Shown here: piece after piece, positions 37,331 to 51,692 of the stretch
Layout: every line of letters begins with the position of its first letter
Position numbering within the stretch: position 1 is the stretch's first letter
Source: Octopus vulgaris
Lineage: Eukaryota
NCBI GenBank assembly: GCA_951406725.2
Contig: OX597814.1
Span: 22,692,001 to 22,756,000 of the forward strand
DNA length: 64,000 nt
Reading direction: 5' to 3'
Position numbers and translations under genes: made by a program
The notes under the pieces: generated by a model
Seen by the model: only the letters and a program-made list of their open reading frames with translations
What the model was told of the DNA's origin: nothing
The model's database searches: none

Positions 37331-38859
37331 TTTATTTCACAAAATATAACGTATCTGCATATAACTATATCGTCCGTGTGTTCACTTTCAGTATCAATAT
37401 ATAGCATATTTATACATACATATATAGTTACATCAGTGAATATATGCACACATATGAATGCGTATAACACCTAAATTCATTCTACATATATACATGAGTT
37501 AGTGTGAGTATGTGTGTCCATATATTACGCACATATGAATGCAATATATACATATACATATATATGCTGTGTATGTGTATGTATGTACGTAAGTATACAT
37601 GTATACATTTATCTGCACGTATGTGTGCGCGTCAGGTGCGTGTCTACATTTGCGTGTGTATACACGCAACAGAAAAGCTTGATAGAAAAGCTGAGTTTAA
37701 TACAAGATTACAAAGCAACATATCAATATTTCAGTCTAATACGACGATGATTACAGCTTATATCAATATTAAAAAATAAATGTTCCTGATTTTTTTCTTA
37801 ATTCCAAAGATTGCATTTTTATATTTAACATTGTAATCCGCAGATATACAAGATCATGTGTGTTTCTCAGGATATATATATGTTGTTTTTTGTTCTGTAG
37901 ATTATGCTTATTATACTCTTAAGCGTATTTAATATAAGACAGATTATCATTCTCCTTATTCGTTTGTTATGTGTCTCTACCATATTTCTCATTCTTTCTA
38001 TTGTTGTTATAGACATACTCTATCATTCAATGTGTCGTTCGTTTTCTAGTTAGTACAGTGTAATATGAGGCAAATTTGACTACTATTCCTAGCACTTCGA
38101 ACGACTTCATAGAGGCTTCCTCGTTGGCTTGGTATGCCACTTATTTTTGTCACCTCCATTTCTCTTTCTCTTCATAATTCCCTCTTAAAATAATTTAGAC
38201 TCTATTCAGCAATCGAATCACATCATTTTTTTAATAACGAGTTAATCTAAACACATTGCCTTCAGAAAGTATGTATTTTGCTGAAAATGGTCATATCATC
38301 TCTCTATCAAACACATACGATTACACTCTCTTAATCTCTCATTCCTTTTAAACAGTTGCATAAGTTTTTTTTTTAAATTTACTGTGTTATCCTCTATGTT
38401 TATGTTGGACAGATATTTGGAAGCAAAATAGGCATCAGCACTAATTACCATTTCTTAAGTATTGCTGAAAGCGTACCATGATTGATACTACGATTCCCCA
38501 TTGGAATGTTGATTTTTTTTTGTATTTGTATTTTGAGTAATGGTTTATTAAAACCATAGAAAACGGTTTCATCGAGGTTTCAAATGAGCATAGTAATGAA
38601 TATTAAGCTATTAATATCAATGTTGTTGAAAAGTGGCGTTACTGTTAAGGATATCCCTGTGTAATGCCCATTCAGAAAGTACATGTGCTATTTGACGTTC
38701 TAAGTTAATTTTGTGGCAGTGTAGTTTCAGATTTTCTCCTTTGACGACACTTTGGGCAAGCGCCTTCTAGTAGAGCTCGGGTTTGATCAATACCTTGTAA
38801 GTGAATTTGTTAAATTCAAACTGTGTGGAAGCCCGTTGTACATGGGTAAGTTTATTATG

Positions 38860-40400
38860 GAGCATTAGGTCTTGCATTGAATTTTTGGATAAATTTAGGG
38901 ATGTAAAGCTAATTAAGACGATGTATGCATTTGATTCTTGTACTCTACTCATTTAGGTTTAAGAATGATAGAAGGGAAATGTTTAAATGAATAGATTCGG
39001 TGTATAGCGGCAAATAGGAATATATTTCGATCAAGAATGGAAAGGGTTTTATATCTGATACATGGTACTCTGAATTTACTTGTATTAAAAAATAAATTAA
39101 AAGAGTTAAGCTTTAGATAATGCATACGTTTTATTTGCGAGTAAAGTACTTAGGACACGTGAGAAGCATTCCCGTGGGGGTAATCGTTATCCTTTGTTAG
39201 CTGAGTTATACTTAACGTTTTGTCAATTAAACTTTCTTAGGGAGTTACGAAAAAGAAAGAAAGTGGGTCTAGTTTGACAGCTTCGTAGCTGTTATAGATA
39301 TATAGAAGATATTTTCATTCCAAGTCTTTGTTTCTTTCAAATTATATTATTTGCAATTTACTTTAGAGATTTAGAGGCTATCGGGTGTGATAATAATGTT
39401 AATAAGATTTATTCAATTAAGATTTGTAACAAATCTATTAGTTGCTAATTTGTACGGTAAGGCTTGTGAGTTTAAATTCCAAGTGGTAGTGACTCCTTAC
39501 ACCGAAAGTTGCCCGCTTAGTAGGCTACGTTATAACGTGTTTAGAGCACAAGGTTGAAGAAAATAACTAATGGTTAGGAATTACTATTTGAGGCTACTAA
39601 TAATCTTTTTAGGCGTATAATTAAACTAGGTTTGAAAGCTAAAAAATTAATTAGGCAATTTAATTGTACTTCAGCTTTACAGTGATATTTTGAGTAATTC
39701 GGTTAATTTCAAACTTGAAGCTTATTTTGACATTTTATTGCTTGTGCATTAATCTTAAGAAGATGGATTTATTGATTAGATTGTTTGCTTGGGTTACTTA
39801 GGAAGCATTATCCAAATAGTGTTTTTGTCTTTCCTTTTCTCATTGGATAATAATCTTCACGTCCGTTTTGCGCCTTCATATGCCTCTGCAATTTCCTGTC
39901 AAGGGTAGGATTCTTTTCACACCAAAGCCCTGGAAGAAAGAAGGCGAAAATAATGGTTTCTGATGATGGTGGTATCAATGACTGTATGCTGATGGTTTAG
40001 CCTCATTGTACGTCATTCTTCGAATCGAGTTACGTTTTTTTTTATTGTTATATTTATTAATAAGCAGTTTATTCCTAATATATACTTATGTGTGGGTGTG
40101 AATTTGTATGTATTAGCTAGTTATTAGATTTTATTTGTATATTTTAATTTCCGTCGTATATGTTGATATGAATATTCCTAATTCGCGGTCCAGGTATAGA
40201 CTTTTGGTTTGTATTTTCTCTAACAACGTTTGATTGTTTTCCCAGGCTGCTTGACATCAACAGAAGAAATGATCCTGCCTTTGGTGCTGAAATCACGATG
40301 ATGTTCGTTAAACACTGATGCGGGAAATTTCCCGGTTGTTCTAAGTAGCATTTCGTACAGTTGCTATGACTCTCCCGGCCGCTATTGTCCATTGATTTGG
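38860..40400 (+). mobile_element. Very old Gypsy pol remnant (RT, RNase H, possibly integrase)
   Basis: Degenerate motifs in order: NRFGV, IFRSRMERVL, RVKYLGHV, FLG, LYGK..FKFQVVVT, VYVDMNIPNSRSRYRLLVCIFS. Confidence 0.4.
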
Positions 40401-40527
40401 TTTGGTATTCTTTGTTTTTCTTTTGTTTTTGTGTTTTACGGTGATTAGAAAGAATTAATTCTAGAGTTAACTATAATTTTTGTCATACAATTTGTAGATA
40501 ATTATACTTAAAAAAAACAATAAACGT

Positions 40528-40833
40528 CACTCTTTTCAAGCCTAGCCAGGCTCATGGGCCCGGTTTCCCGGCGTATGTGTTCCCCTCAGCTGGACGAGAC
40601 GCCAATCCATCGCAGCGTTACTCAAGAAACAGGAAGACAGAGCGAGAGAAAGTTGTGGCGAAAGAGTACAACAGGGGTGTACCCCTCCTTGCCGGAGCCT
40701 CATGGAACTTTTAGGTGTTTTTGCTCAATAAACACACACACACACACACACACACACACCCGGTCTGGGAATCGAAACCGCGATCCTCCGGCCGCGAGTC
40801 CGCTGCCCTAACCACTGGGCCATTGCGCCTCCA
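40528..40833 (-). mobile_element. tRNA-derived SINE, family D
   Basis: Minus head TGGAGGCGCAATGGCCCAGTGGTTAGGGCAGCGGACTC...GGTTTCGATTCCC (A and B boxes) and an internal (TG)n. A head fragment also occurs at 7003-7024. Confidence 0.85.
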
Positions 40834-41819
40834 CAAATAATTATATTTAGCATGGTCATATTGCCATTATAAGGCGAATATGAAGCATATATATGAGAGG
40901 TAGATACCTTTATTATATTTGTGTCTCCACCTCTAAACAGCCAATGCGGTGCCCAAGCATGGCTGCCGTCCAGTGACTAAAACAAGCAAAAGGATTTGTT
41001 TAACAGCTTATGAACCTGATAGAGGTAGTTTTGAATATATAGATTTCATAATGTAGTATTTGATTTATAATTATCATCATACTGTTGAATACTGATATGA
41101 TGCAACAGCGTCGCATTGACGAAGTAGTATAAAATGTATTTTATAGTATATTTCCGGAGTGTTTTCGGCCCTTCTGGCACTCAAAATTATTCATTCTGCT
41201 TTCCGATTATGCATTATCAGAAACTCTTTAATAATATATATTCTTTGTCAGAATATATTTGTATGGAAATGTGAAATTTCTTTTACAGCTCAAATTTAAG
41301 TTACTTTTAGAATAATTCATGACTTTTTTCATTGCTCTAGGCAAGCCAGGTTTCTGTTAAGTAAAATTCAAATATTGAAAGCCTAAATACATTTCACTGC
41401 AAATGTTACACTTTATTGCCAGGAGTTGGGGAAAATAACGCATATTTGTGAAAATAAATAAAAGATTCAACAAGATTTAAAATAAAATCCATTAAAATAA
41501 GATCCATTTCATGATCATTTATATTTCCGCCTCACTCTCTGTAATCATGGACAGCACTACGATTAATTAAAACGTAATGGTTAGTCGTGTAAATAAATGC
41601 TATAATTTTAATGATGGCGTTAACATTACTGCTATTAATATCAGTATAAGCAAGAAGTGACATAGATACTATTAATATCACTATGCAATAGACATTAAGA
41701 TAATACATATGCTGGTTGGCGTGTGAATGTCAGCGAAGAGAGAATCATAGTTTAAAAAAATAGTGGGAAAATACAGAAGCGAAATCTACGAGTGAAATCA
41801 TTGTAGTTAGAAAGAAGCT

Positions 41820-43446
41820 GTGACTAACAAATATAAGACCTAGACACGTATAAGCGAAGTATTATTTGGTCCCTTTTTAATCTTCGGCGAGAAAGGGTTG
41901 CATGAATGCGGGTGCCAAATGGGCAAAGCAGTTCTCTGACTGAGCCTCCAGCAGAGAGAAAAACAGGCAGTCTTGTGACAACCACCGAGGAATTTCTCTC
42001 CTTGTCATCACAGCCATCACAGACAAGATACTCCATAACTACCTCACTCAGCACATAGAAGACAGATATCTGCAAGAGACAGCATGGCTTCGAAGAGGGC
42101 CGTTGGGCATGATTTTTCCTGCACGCCAACTTCAAGAAAAGTGACAGAAACGGAACAGGGATCTATACACGACGGTTGTAGACTTAACCAAGGCCTTTGA
42201 AACCGTCAGTCGTGAGTTGGAAGATCATGGGAAATTTCGGCTACCCGGAAAAAATTCTTCAGTACGGTGCGTCAGTTTCACGACGGCATGCTCACTCAAG
42301 TGCTGGCCAGTGGAGAATATTCTGACGCATTTCCAGTCACTAACACAGTCAAGCAGGACTGTGTGCTCGCACCTGTGTTGTTCAGCATGATGTTCTCGGC
42401 CATACTTTCGGACGCATTCCACAACGACGACGAAAGCAGCATCAAGATCAGATTTAGGACTGATAGCAGACTCTTCAGTTTGCGGAAGCCACAAATCAAG
42501 ACCAAGGTGGAAGAAGACTTAGCGTGCAACTTCCTGCTCGCAGACGACGGCGCACTCAACACCATCACGCAGGTCCAGATGCGGCAGATCATGAACTGCT
42601 TTTCCACCGCCTGCAACAAATTTGGCCTCACAATCAGTACCCAGAAGTCAGAGGTTATGCACCAGCCTGCCCTGCAGAAGCCGTATGTAGGCCCGATTAT
42701 CTGTCAACAGCAAAACTCTGAAAGTTGTTGATAAATTCACATACCTCGATAGCACGCTCTCCAGATGTGTGAACATTGATGTCGACATGCTCATTGTCAA
42801 GGGAAGTTCAGCATTCGAAAGGCTATGTGAATCAGTGTGGGAGAGGAGAGGCCTACACTACTGTACGCCTGCGTGATTTGGACGGTTTACGAACGTCACA
42901 TCAAAAAGATAAACGGATTCCTCATGATCTGCCAAAGAAAGCTGGTGGAAATAATCTTTGAAGACAAGGTCCCATACACGGAGGTCCTCTCTCGAGTTGC
43001 TCTGTCAAGCATTGACACACTGCTAAGGAGAGCACGAGTTAGGTGGGCAGGCCACCTTGATCGAATGCCTGGTACGCGACTCCCCAAGAGACTGTTTTAC
43101 AGCGAATTGGCGGAAGGCAAACTCACATAAGATAGATTGAAGAAGCGTTTCAAAAATACACACAAAGCCTCACTGCAGAGCTTTGAGGTCGACCTCGACT
43201 CTTGGGAAATGTAAGCACTAGACCGCCCTGCCCGATGAAACTGCTCCATCAAAGGTGCTACCTCCTACGAACAGAAAATGATTGCAGAGGGCATAAAGAA
43301 AACGTGGACTTAGCAAATCTAGAACAAATTTCTTGCTTTCAGTTCCAGGAGACCAGTAGTGCCCGGTTTTCGGCATAGCCGCTCGAGCACGCAGAAGACT
43401 GATCGGCCACAGCTGGGGTGATCGTCGGAAACGACGGGCGAACTAA
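41820..43446 (+). mobile_element. RTE-clade LINE, 5'-truncated, decayed RT through 3' end
   Basis: Motifs MIFPARQLQEK, VDLTKAFETVSRE, VRQFHDGM, FPVTNTVKQDCVLAPVLF, LLADD, FGLTISTQKSEVM and RWAGHLDRMPGTRLPKRLFYSEL, with several frameshifts. Confidence 0.93.
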
Positions 43447-43748
43447 TGTAAAATGTACACGTATATACATATATATAACATGTATACCTACATAATCATA
43501 CACACACACACAAACATACCTACACACAAACATACCTACACACAAACACACACATGTATACACATATATGTATGATTATGTACATATAAATATATGACAC
43601 CCGCCGTCCAAGGCTTGCAATGCTTAATAAATGGTCAAAGTATAAATCCATGTATTTCTCAAAATCTCTTATTACAGAACCTGTAACTCTAATAATGACC
43701 TACTCGGGTAATCACCTCAAGTATTTAACGAAAATCTACATTAGCTTA

Positions 43749-43800
<52 letters not shown>

Positions 43801-44818
43801 CGTACACTAGCACACATACATAAACACACTAAGAAACGTCAGAAAATTTGCTTTCGCCCTATTAAGCACAGTAACCCGTTTGTTGCAAAGAGAGTTGGAT
43901 AAACTTTATGGAACATTAAAATATAATTTTATAGAGACTTGCTTTTCTGCCTTTAAAATTCATTTATTACAATATTTTTACGTTCACATATTTTTCCCAA
44001 TAAAACTCTTTAATAATACTCTGTTCAACAGGGACCTTCTGTAACCGCTTCTCATACGAAATTTAAATTGCCTTACAAACTTAAATGGAAAGCAGCTACT
44101 TTTATGCTAAAGCATAATAGCCCTGTCAAAAGACATAACTGATACAAACGAAGTTGGGAACAAATTAACAAGCAAAGAGCAGACAATTGCATAAGCATGG
44201 GTTTTCTTTCATTATAATCACGCCGTTATAATTACCGTACTTTATGTTTAGTATTGTGCTGTCTATACAATAAAGAGTTGAAAGCAGCCTCATACAGAGA
44301 ATTGAAGAGAATTCATTCATTCAATATTCATGATTTAACAAACCTTAATCCTGGATTTGATATTTTAAAATAAAATGCTGACATTAAACAATATTTTAAA
44401 ACATGCATAATAATGTATGGCATAGTGAGTATTCGGACACAGTGAAACTTTCATTTCACACGATAAACGTGTGCCAGTCATAAAATTCCTAATAATTACG
44501 GACAATAAGCGCTCTAGGTGTAGTTTACTTTCATTTTTGTGTAAATTGAAAATCGTATCAAAGATCATACGAAGTGGAAGTTTAGAACCCTTGCATTACA
44601 TTTTTCAGCTTGACCATTGGTTCTCAGCCGGAGTCAACATGACACTTGGAAGCCCATATAAGATTTTGTCGTTAAAATTTACTTGCAGTAAATTGGTCAT
44701 ACTTCTACAACACAAAATATTTTAACAATTCTTCTTATACAATTCTTAATATTTTGTTATAGAAACATTGAATGACTATTGGAAACCAGTAGAGTAAAAT
44801 AGGAATCAAAACGATTTG

Positions 44819-45342
<524 letters not shown>

Positions 45343-47007
45343 TATACGTAAAAAATGGTTGAGAAATACTGATAAAGGCTATGCGGTCTGTGGAAATTCA
45401 AAATTGAATTCTGTCCTGGTAAATGGAGGATAAATACTGAGTAGTTTGGGATCGATTCTGGGCATCGACACTAACTATCTGAATAGCCCTTGCAGAGAAC
45501 TTAAAGATTATAGACAATTTTAAAAGATGATTTATCTGGAAACACTACTGTGGGTTATTAACTGTTTAGGATAAACTCTGTAGCTATAGCATTTCTTTAT
45601 TCTGCCTTTTAACTGCTCCCAAAATCTTGGGCTTTTGAGATCGATAAAAGAAATCATCACATCTTCATCTATTGTTGTGGTTGCTATTTAGCACATCGCA
45701 GCTGAGTCAACTGTGATATGCTAAAATTTTACTCGGTACTCCTGCATGACCGCAGTCGAATGGATGAAATGAGTAAAATAGTAAAAAGAGCAATACATCT
45801 TGATGTTTTACAAGTGCAAATAAAAGAAGTAATTTTCCTTTTCATTATATTTCTATTAAGGCCCTTTATTGAGAATTCTGAAAGGTGTACGACTTACTAA
45901 GACTAGACAAGAAGATCATTTTTTTAAATATTTCAGTTTCAGTTCTACTCTCTACCTAAAGTAAATAGTATCTGCTTCATTTCTACAAAGAAATCGTAAA
46001 GGACAAAAGCGTCAAAAAGAACATATCACGGGAGTTAGTCAGTTGTAAGGTACCACCAAGCAAAAGTCATAGGTAACAAATAAGACTCTACCATTCTCAT
46101 TGCCACGAATCGAGAGACCCCTCTCTCTGTTACAGCAGGCTTAAAACAAGGAGTAACGACAACACCAAGAACCGTACAAAGCAGAATTGTCCACTCAAAA
46201 TACTATCATTTCAAACATTTATAAGGATCTGCGAGATGCGGGTAGATAGCAATAAAAAGATTTCTCTAGAAATAACTAACAATTTTCTAGTGACCAGTGA
46301 AGATTCATATGAGTACCATATAATTCTTATTTGAAACAGCTGAATTGGGTGCTTCAGGTTTTTACTTACAAATTTCGAGCATAGTTATTGTATCTCGAAG
46401 TTCATTTTGTCTGAAATATTGGAGGATATCTTAATACGATCTGGTATGTTTTGTGAAAGTACTGCACATTGATAACATTTGTTATTCGTATTTTAGAAGT
46501 TGGGGCTATTTCAATAAATATTAAGGCTATTTTATGCTCTTGTGTTGCGAATATTGCTACTTCTTTGCCATATTTAGGACGGATTTGTTGTTATAGGCCA
46601 AGGTTAGTTTGCAAATATATATATGGGGCAACCACCTTAAAGAAATATTCGCCATGCAAAGCCTTTCAGAGTTGTTCACCACGTCTCATTCATGTGTCGT
46701 CAGCATGCTCGTTTTTTGATATCGCTTTAGGTTTTCGAAGTCTAAATCAATTTTTAGTGAAACATGTATGTCAATGGACGTACTTGATTTCCTACCATTA
46801 TAAAGATCATGTTCAACATAAACACGTAGAAGACCTTCTTGCAAGTTAGAATGGTTTATATCAGAGCTCTTATGCTGTTACCTGATATTCGAAGGTACTC
46901 TACCACCCTTTCTACATGTCTAGTCAATTCATTTCGAACTTAATGACTTGCTGAGAAATAAAGAAACATATGTTGCAATTGACGAACGTAAGAGTAGTGA
47001 CTACATA

Positions 47008-47051
<44 letters not shown>

Positions 47052-47094
47052 TCTTTTACGTTTCGAGCCTACGCTCTTGAATTTATATATTTAC

Positions 47095-47142
<48 letters not shown>

Positions 47143-48799
47143 GTGTGTGTATATATATATATATTTATATACATATAAGTGTTTATATATGTATGTATAT
47201 ATATACACACATACATCATGTATGTGTGCTTTGTATAATTTCTACAAATGAAGCAATGTTTGTAAACTAATACTATTTTAGGAAACATAAGACACATTTC
47301 TTCTATGTATTTTGTGTGTAGTATTTAACCTAATTTAGTTGTAGAGAGATATTTTCTATTTTTGGTGGAATCTTAAGTGGAAATACGATAGGAACATGAG
47401 TCACATATACTTTCTTCATAGCAGACTAAATCAGTAATATATTTTATGGTCATTTAACAGAAATAGCATAAACGCCAAAAAGGATATAGCTGACGGTGTT
47501 TTAATTTAATATAAAAATGTACCTGACAGCACATAAATTACAATAAGTGTGAAAGGAAATTATTATTGTTTTGGTGTGGGGTGATTACGAAGAAGGAAGT
47601 GGTAAAAAGAAATAAAGTATAGATAAGTAGATTTATTGTTAGCCAAGCAAGATCAAAATCTAAAGTGAGATATAGATAAAGAAAAGGCTTCCGTCTAATT
47701 TAGACGTTTTTTTTAATATATATTTTCCGAGTGTACTATGAACGTGGAATAGAAATATAACTGTCACTTGAACTATATCAGTAAAAGTACGGAAAACAGA
47801 GAAACGTTCACATTTACATGAAATCGATATTCAAACAAATACCATGGGTTTCACTATTTGCCCATTTGTAAAATTCTGGAGAAGGAATTTGGCAAATAAG
47901 TCATTGTCGTGTTTCCCTTAAAATTGTCATAATCAGTTGTATTTCATTGCAGATAAACATGTTCTCGCTTCTCTTTCAGTCGCTCAATACATCACAATAC
48001 TTCAATAGTTGGTGATGAAAACTTGGAAGAAAATAAATGCCGACAGTTTAAAGAATCCTCACGACACGGTGTGTGTGTATGTGTTTACTAAATTGGTATC
48101 ACCTACTGCCTCACTTTTCCGCCACTTCTGGTGGGATAAGCGCAGTCACGTTCACACATACTCACACACATATATGCACATACAATCACACAACACACAC
48201 GCTTATGTATAAGAAGTAAGTCACAGTTATAGCAAAAATCTGTTTCCCATGTATATAAATAGGAAACAAACTTTTGCTTAATCATGCAATATTAGGAATT
48301 CCCCAATGCGAAAGTGTCTCTTTTATTTAGAAAATTTCTTGCTTTCTTACTAGTCCAGTATGTTGAGTTGGAAACGGTAAAACTCCTAAAATTTATCGAC
48401 GTTTCTAGAACTTCACTTTATCTTTAGAATGAGGTATTTATTGCAGGCGGTTAGTTTAGTCGTTATATAGTAGGTGAGAAACCTAGAAATGACATATTCT
48501 CTGCTTTTACTTTGGAGACTGCTGCAGCTACAACTACTACTACGACAATTATGGTTTAACTCAAAAGTTCTCTTAGTAATAAGAAATTAGTATTAGTTCA
48601 GTTCTTACTAAGATACGTACAGCCTGTGTATACATTTTGGTTTCATATTGTACTGTTAATATAGCTTTCATGACTCATGAAGTTTTCGGGGAAATTCTAT
48701 GTATAATAGTTGTATTATCAACTAATGTTTTCTATCCAGTTTTTCTTTGGGCAATATAATGTGTGTCGCAGATATATGGCAAATCAACGAGAAACTATT

Positions 48800-49788
48800 T
48801 GACTGTATGTCTAATGAGACATTAAGAGTCATGAAGTTTACAACTTTCATGTTTGCATATATATTTTTAAGTAACAACAGCCATCTAAAAATTCCTGTTT
48901 GTGTTATAGGCTTGTGGATTTTCAATTGCATGAACTAAAAGTCGGAGAGGACAGGATAATCTACCTGCATAAACTTGCTATAAAAGCAGTTAGTAATTTT
49001 ACTTTGCCTTATTCTTAGTGCAAGTTTTGAAGAGTGCAGTTCGATTTTAATAGTTATTTTTTCAAAGCTATAATGAAAGTGGCAAAGAAGCTTATTCGGC
49101 ATATTTTGCTTTATGAGTTCAATACAGGCATCAATGCAACGGAAAATGCGAGGAATATTAATGCAGTATATGAGGATCGTATATTAAGCGTAAGTGTCAA
49201 CGGTGGTTCCAGCCTAGAAGACGAGCCTCGTTCTGGAAGATCTGTAGAGCTTGACGAGGAAACGTCCTGCAAACCCTGGTGCAACAAAATCCCATCGTAA
49301 CTGTTGAGGAACTAGCAAAGAAGCTTGGATTTGGTCATTCAACTAGTCATTCAAGCCAGCGCTAGAAGAAAAAGGACCATCTTTGGTTTCAAGAAAAAAA
49401 GGTGTTCTTCCATCAGGATAATGCTCGGCAACACACAGCGAAGATGACATTCCAAAGGCCGAAGTAGTTTGAATGGGAAACAATGCCCCACCCACAATAT
49501 TCGCCGGACATTACCCCCTCTGATTATCATCTATAACGCAGTCTTCAAAATCATTTGGACGTAAAAAATATGAACTCTGTAGACGAGGTCAGAACAGTAG
49601 TGGAGGATTAATTTTCGTCACGGACAAGTGAATTTTGTAAGAGGGGGGCTTGCAAATCTACCAGATAGATGGAAGAGCATTGAAGAAAACGAAGGAGAGT
49701 ATATTTAGATTTAAAAAAAAAACTTTATCTTAATTTTGAAAAATAAAAGAAGTACAAAGAAAACCGCATTATTTATGGGATGACCCAA
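48800..49788 (+). mobile_element. Mariner (DD34D) element, internally deleted transposase 49073-~49710; left TIR not recognisable
   Basis: Motifs IRHILLYEF..NATENARNINAVY, LEDEPRSGR, FHQDNAR.H and HPQYSPDITPSDYHL. Right TIR AAACCGCATTATTTATGGGATGACCCAA followed by TA. Confidence 0.88.
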
Positions 49789-50500
49789 TATAAAGACTAC
49801 CAAATAAACTATATTTTTTAGCACAACAGATTTTTACTACTAAAATAATCTCGGAAACGAGGTCGAGTCGCACAATTTCGTGGTTATTTTCGTGTAATAT
49901 TTCGATTTGCTTCTAATATTTTACCTTCGTCCGATGTTTCACGCATGCGTAGAATTCTACTCAGACAAACATTTATGAAAATGTGCACATAAATATTATA
50001 TCAAAATAAGCCACAACCCAAAAAAATTCATTAAAAGACATCAATTTCTCTATATGATATGAGGAAATACAGTCACTCATTCTCTCTTTCTCACATGCAC
50101 ACGCACTCATACATACAAAAATAGATGCTTGCATATGTATTTATGTACGTGTATATGAATGATAATGTGTATGCAAAACAATACATACATGACATCACAC
50201 ACCTTCACTCACTTTCTTTCTGTCTGTCGCTCTCTCTCTCTCTCTCTCTCTCTCACGCACACGCATTCATTTTATATACGCGTACATACATCTTTCCTTA
50301 TCTGCTCTCACTTCAAAGCAAATATCACCATTTCACGTTTCCTCGTTTTCAATTTCTGCTCTCTTCAAAGCATAAAGAATTTTTTAAAAATTACGGAAAT
50401 TAACGAACAATGGTATGATCGCATATGATCGATGTGATAACTTTCTTGCTTCAGACGGAAGAATGCCATAAAATAACTTCCATTGACACACACACACACA

Positions 50501-50534
<34 letters not shown>

Positions 50535-50539
<5 letters not shown>

Positions 50540-51313
50540 GGTAAAACTTATGCATGAATTATGTTATTTCTTGTAGTGTGCACGCGCAAAATTACAGCTC
50601 AAATCCGATTGAAATAACCTTTTTCTAGTCTGCAATTTGAGTTTGTGATGAGCGTATTTAAAAACCTGATTTTCGATATACACTTACAAGAATGTTTTCC
50701 TAGAAATCCAGTCCTTTACCTGTTGTTTCTAGTATGTCCAAGGGGACATTTGCCCCCCCCCCCCGCTTTTTTTTCTTAAATTTCTTCCGATTCCTATGTT
50801 TTCGATACAGGAGACTACGATTTCGCCTCAAAGAACCACGTTTTCAATATCTTAATTTCTCCCCTTTTTTCTACCCCAATTTCTTCATTTTTACTTTTAT
50901 CCAAATACTTTTCTTGGTAACTCATGGAGAAGAAATCAGGGTGTACGAATCTTTAAGAACTTTCTTCTTCCTTATTTCCTTAAAGAAACACTTAAATCTC
51001 CTTCCCAAACATCGACCCATCATCTCGCCACTTTCAAAAAGCTACAAACTCGCAGTGTTTCACTTTTAGCTTTTTGGAAGGCGGGGAAGTTTCTTCAGAA
51101 ATAATGTCGTTTACCTGTTGTTTCTAACATGTCGGGTTTTCTGGTGGTAGTCTGATATTTTTTGCGTCTGATATTTCAATATAATTCTACACATGCGTGA
51201 AATATAAGACGAAAGTGAAACATTGGGAGGTTTTAGCTTTTTGGAAGCGGGTAGATGATGGAGATAGTTGGGGAAAAGAGCATTGAGTGTTTCTTTAAAA
51301 ACAAACAACTTCA

Positions 51314-51367
<54 letters not shown>

Positions 51368-51692
51368 TTCCCAGATTCGTAATCTCTATTTTTCTATGAG
51401 TATTAAAAAAAACTTCATAACAAAGTTACAAATTAAGAAATTGCGATGGGAACAGGGGGGAAATTAAAATTTGGAAACGTGATTTCTGGGTAAAATCGTA
51501 TTAACCCCCTTTTATACAATGAAACAATACTACCCTCCCCCACTTCACTTTCAAGCCAAAAATAATTTCCATTAAGCCAGTAATCCTGTTCACTATATAT
51601 CAGCTGTGCCGATTCTGCCCATAAGAAAGGAACAAATGATACAATATGGCTGTCGATCATAACACCCGGGAAACGCTGGGATGCATTGCTAG
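50535..51692 (+). mobile_element. Helitron-like non-autonomous element (3' end clear, 5' boundary uncertain)
   Basis: 3' terminus CCCGGGAAACGCTGGG-ATGCATTG-CTAG|T. Internal short direct repeats TTTACCTGTTGTTTCTA (~50715 and ~51110) and TTTTAGCTTTTTGGAAG (~51064 and ~51231). Confidence 0.6.

Noticed and set aside
38860-39800. Possible mitochondrial insertion (AT-rich, G/T-skewed)
   Set aside because: No recognisable mitochondrial gene, rRNA or tRNA motifs; degenerate Gypsy RT motifs (KYLGHV) fit better.
40760-40833. Possible tRNA gene
   Set aside because: The tRNA-like head continues into a SINE body and lacks a proper acceptor stem and terminator.
45960-46900. Possible RT remnants (VTAGLKQG on plus; RHMNET..KGFAW on minus)
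   Set aside because: Single short motifs only, too degraded to call.
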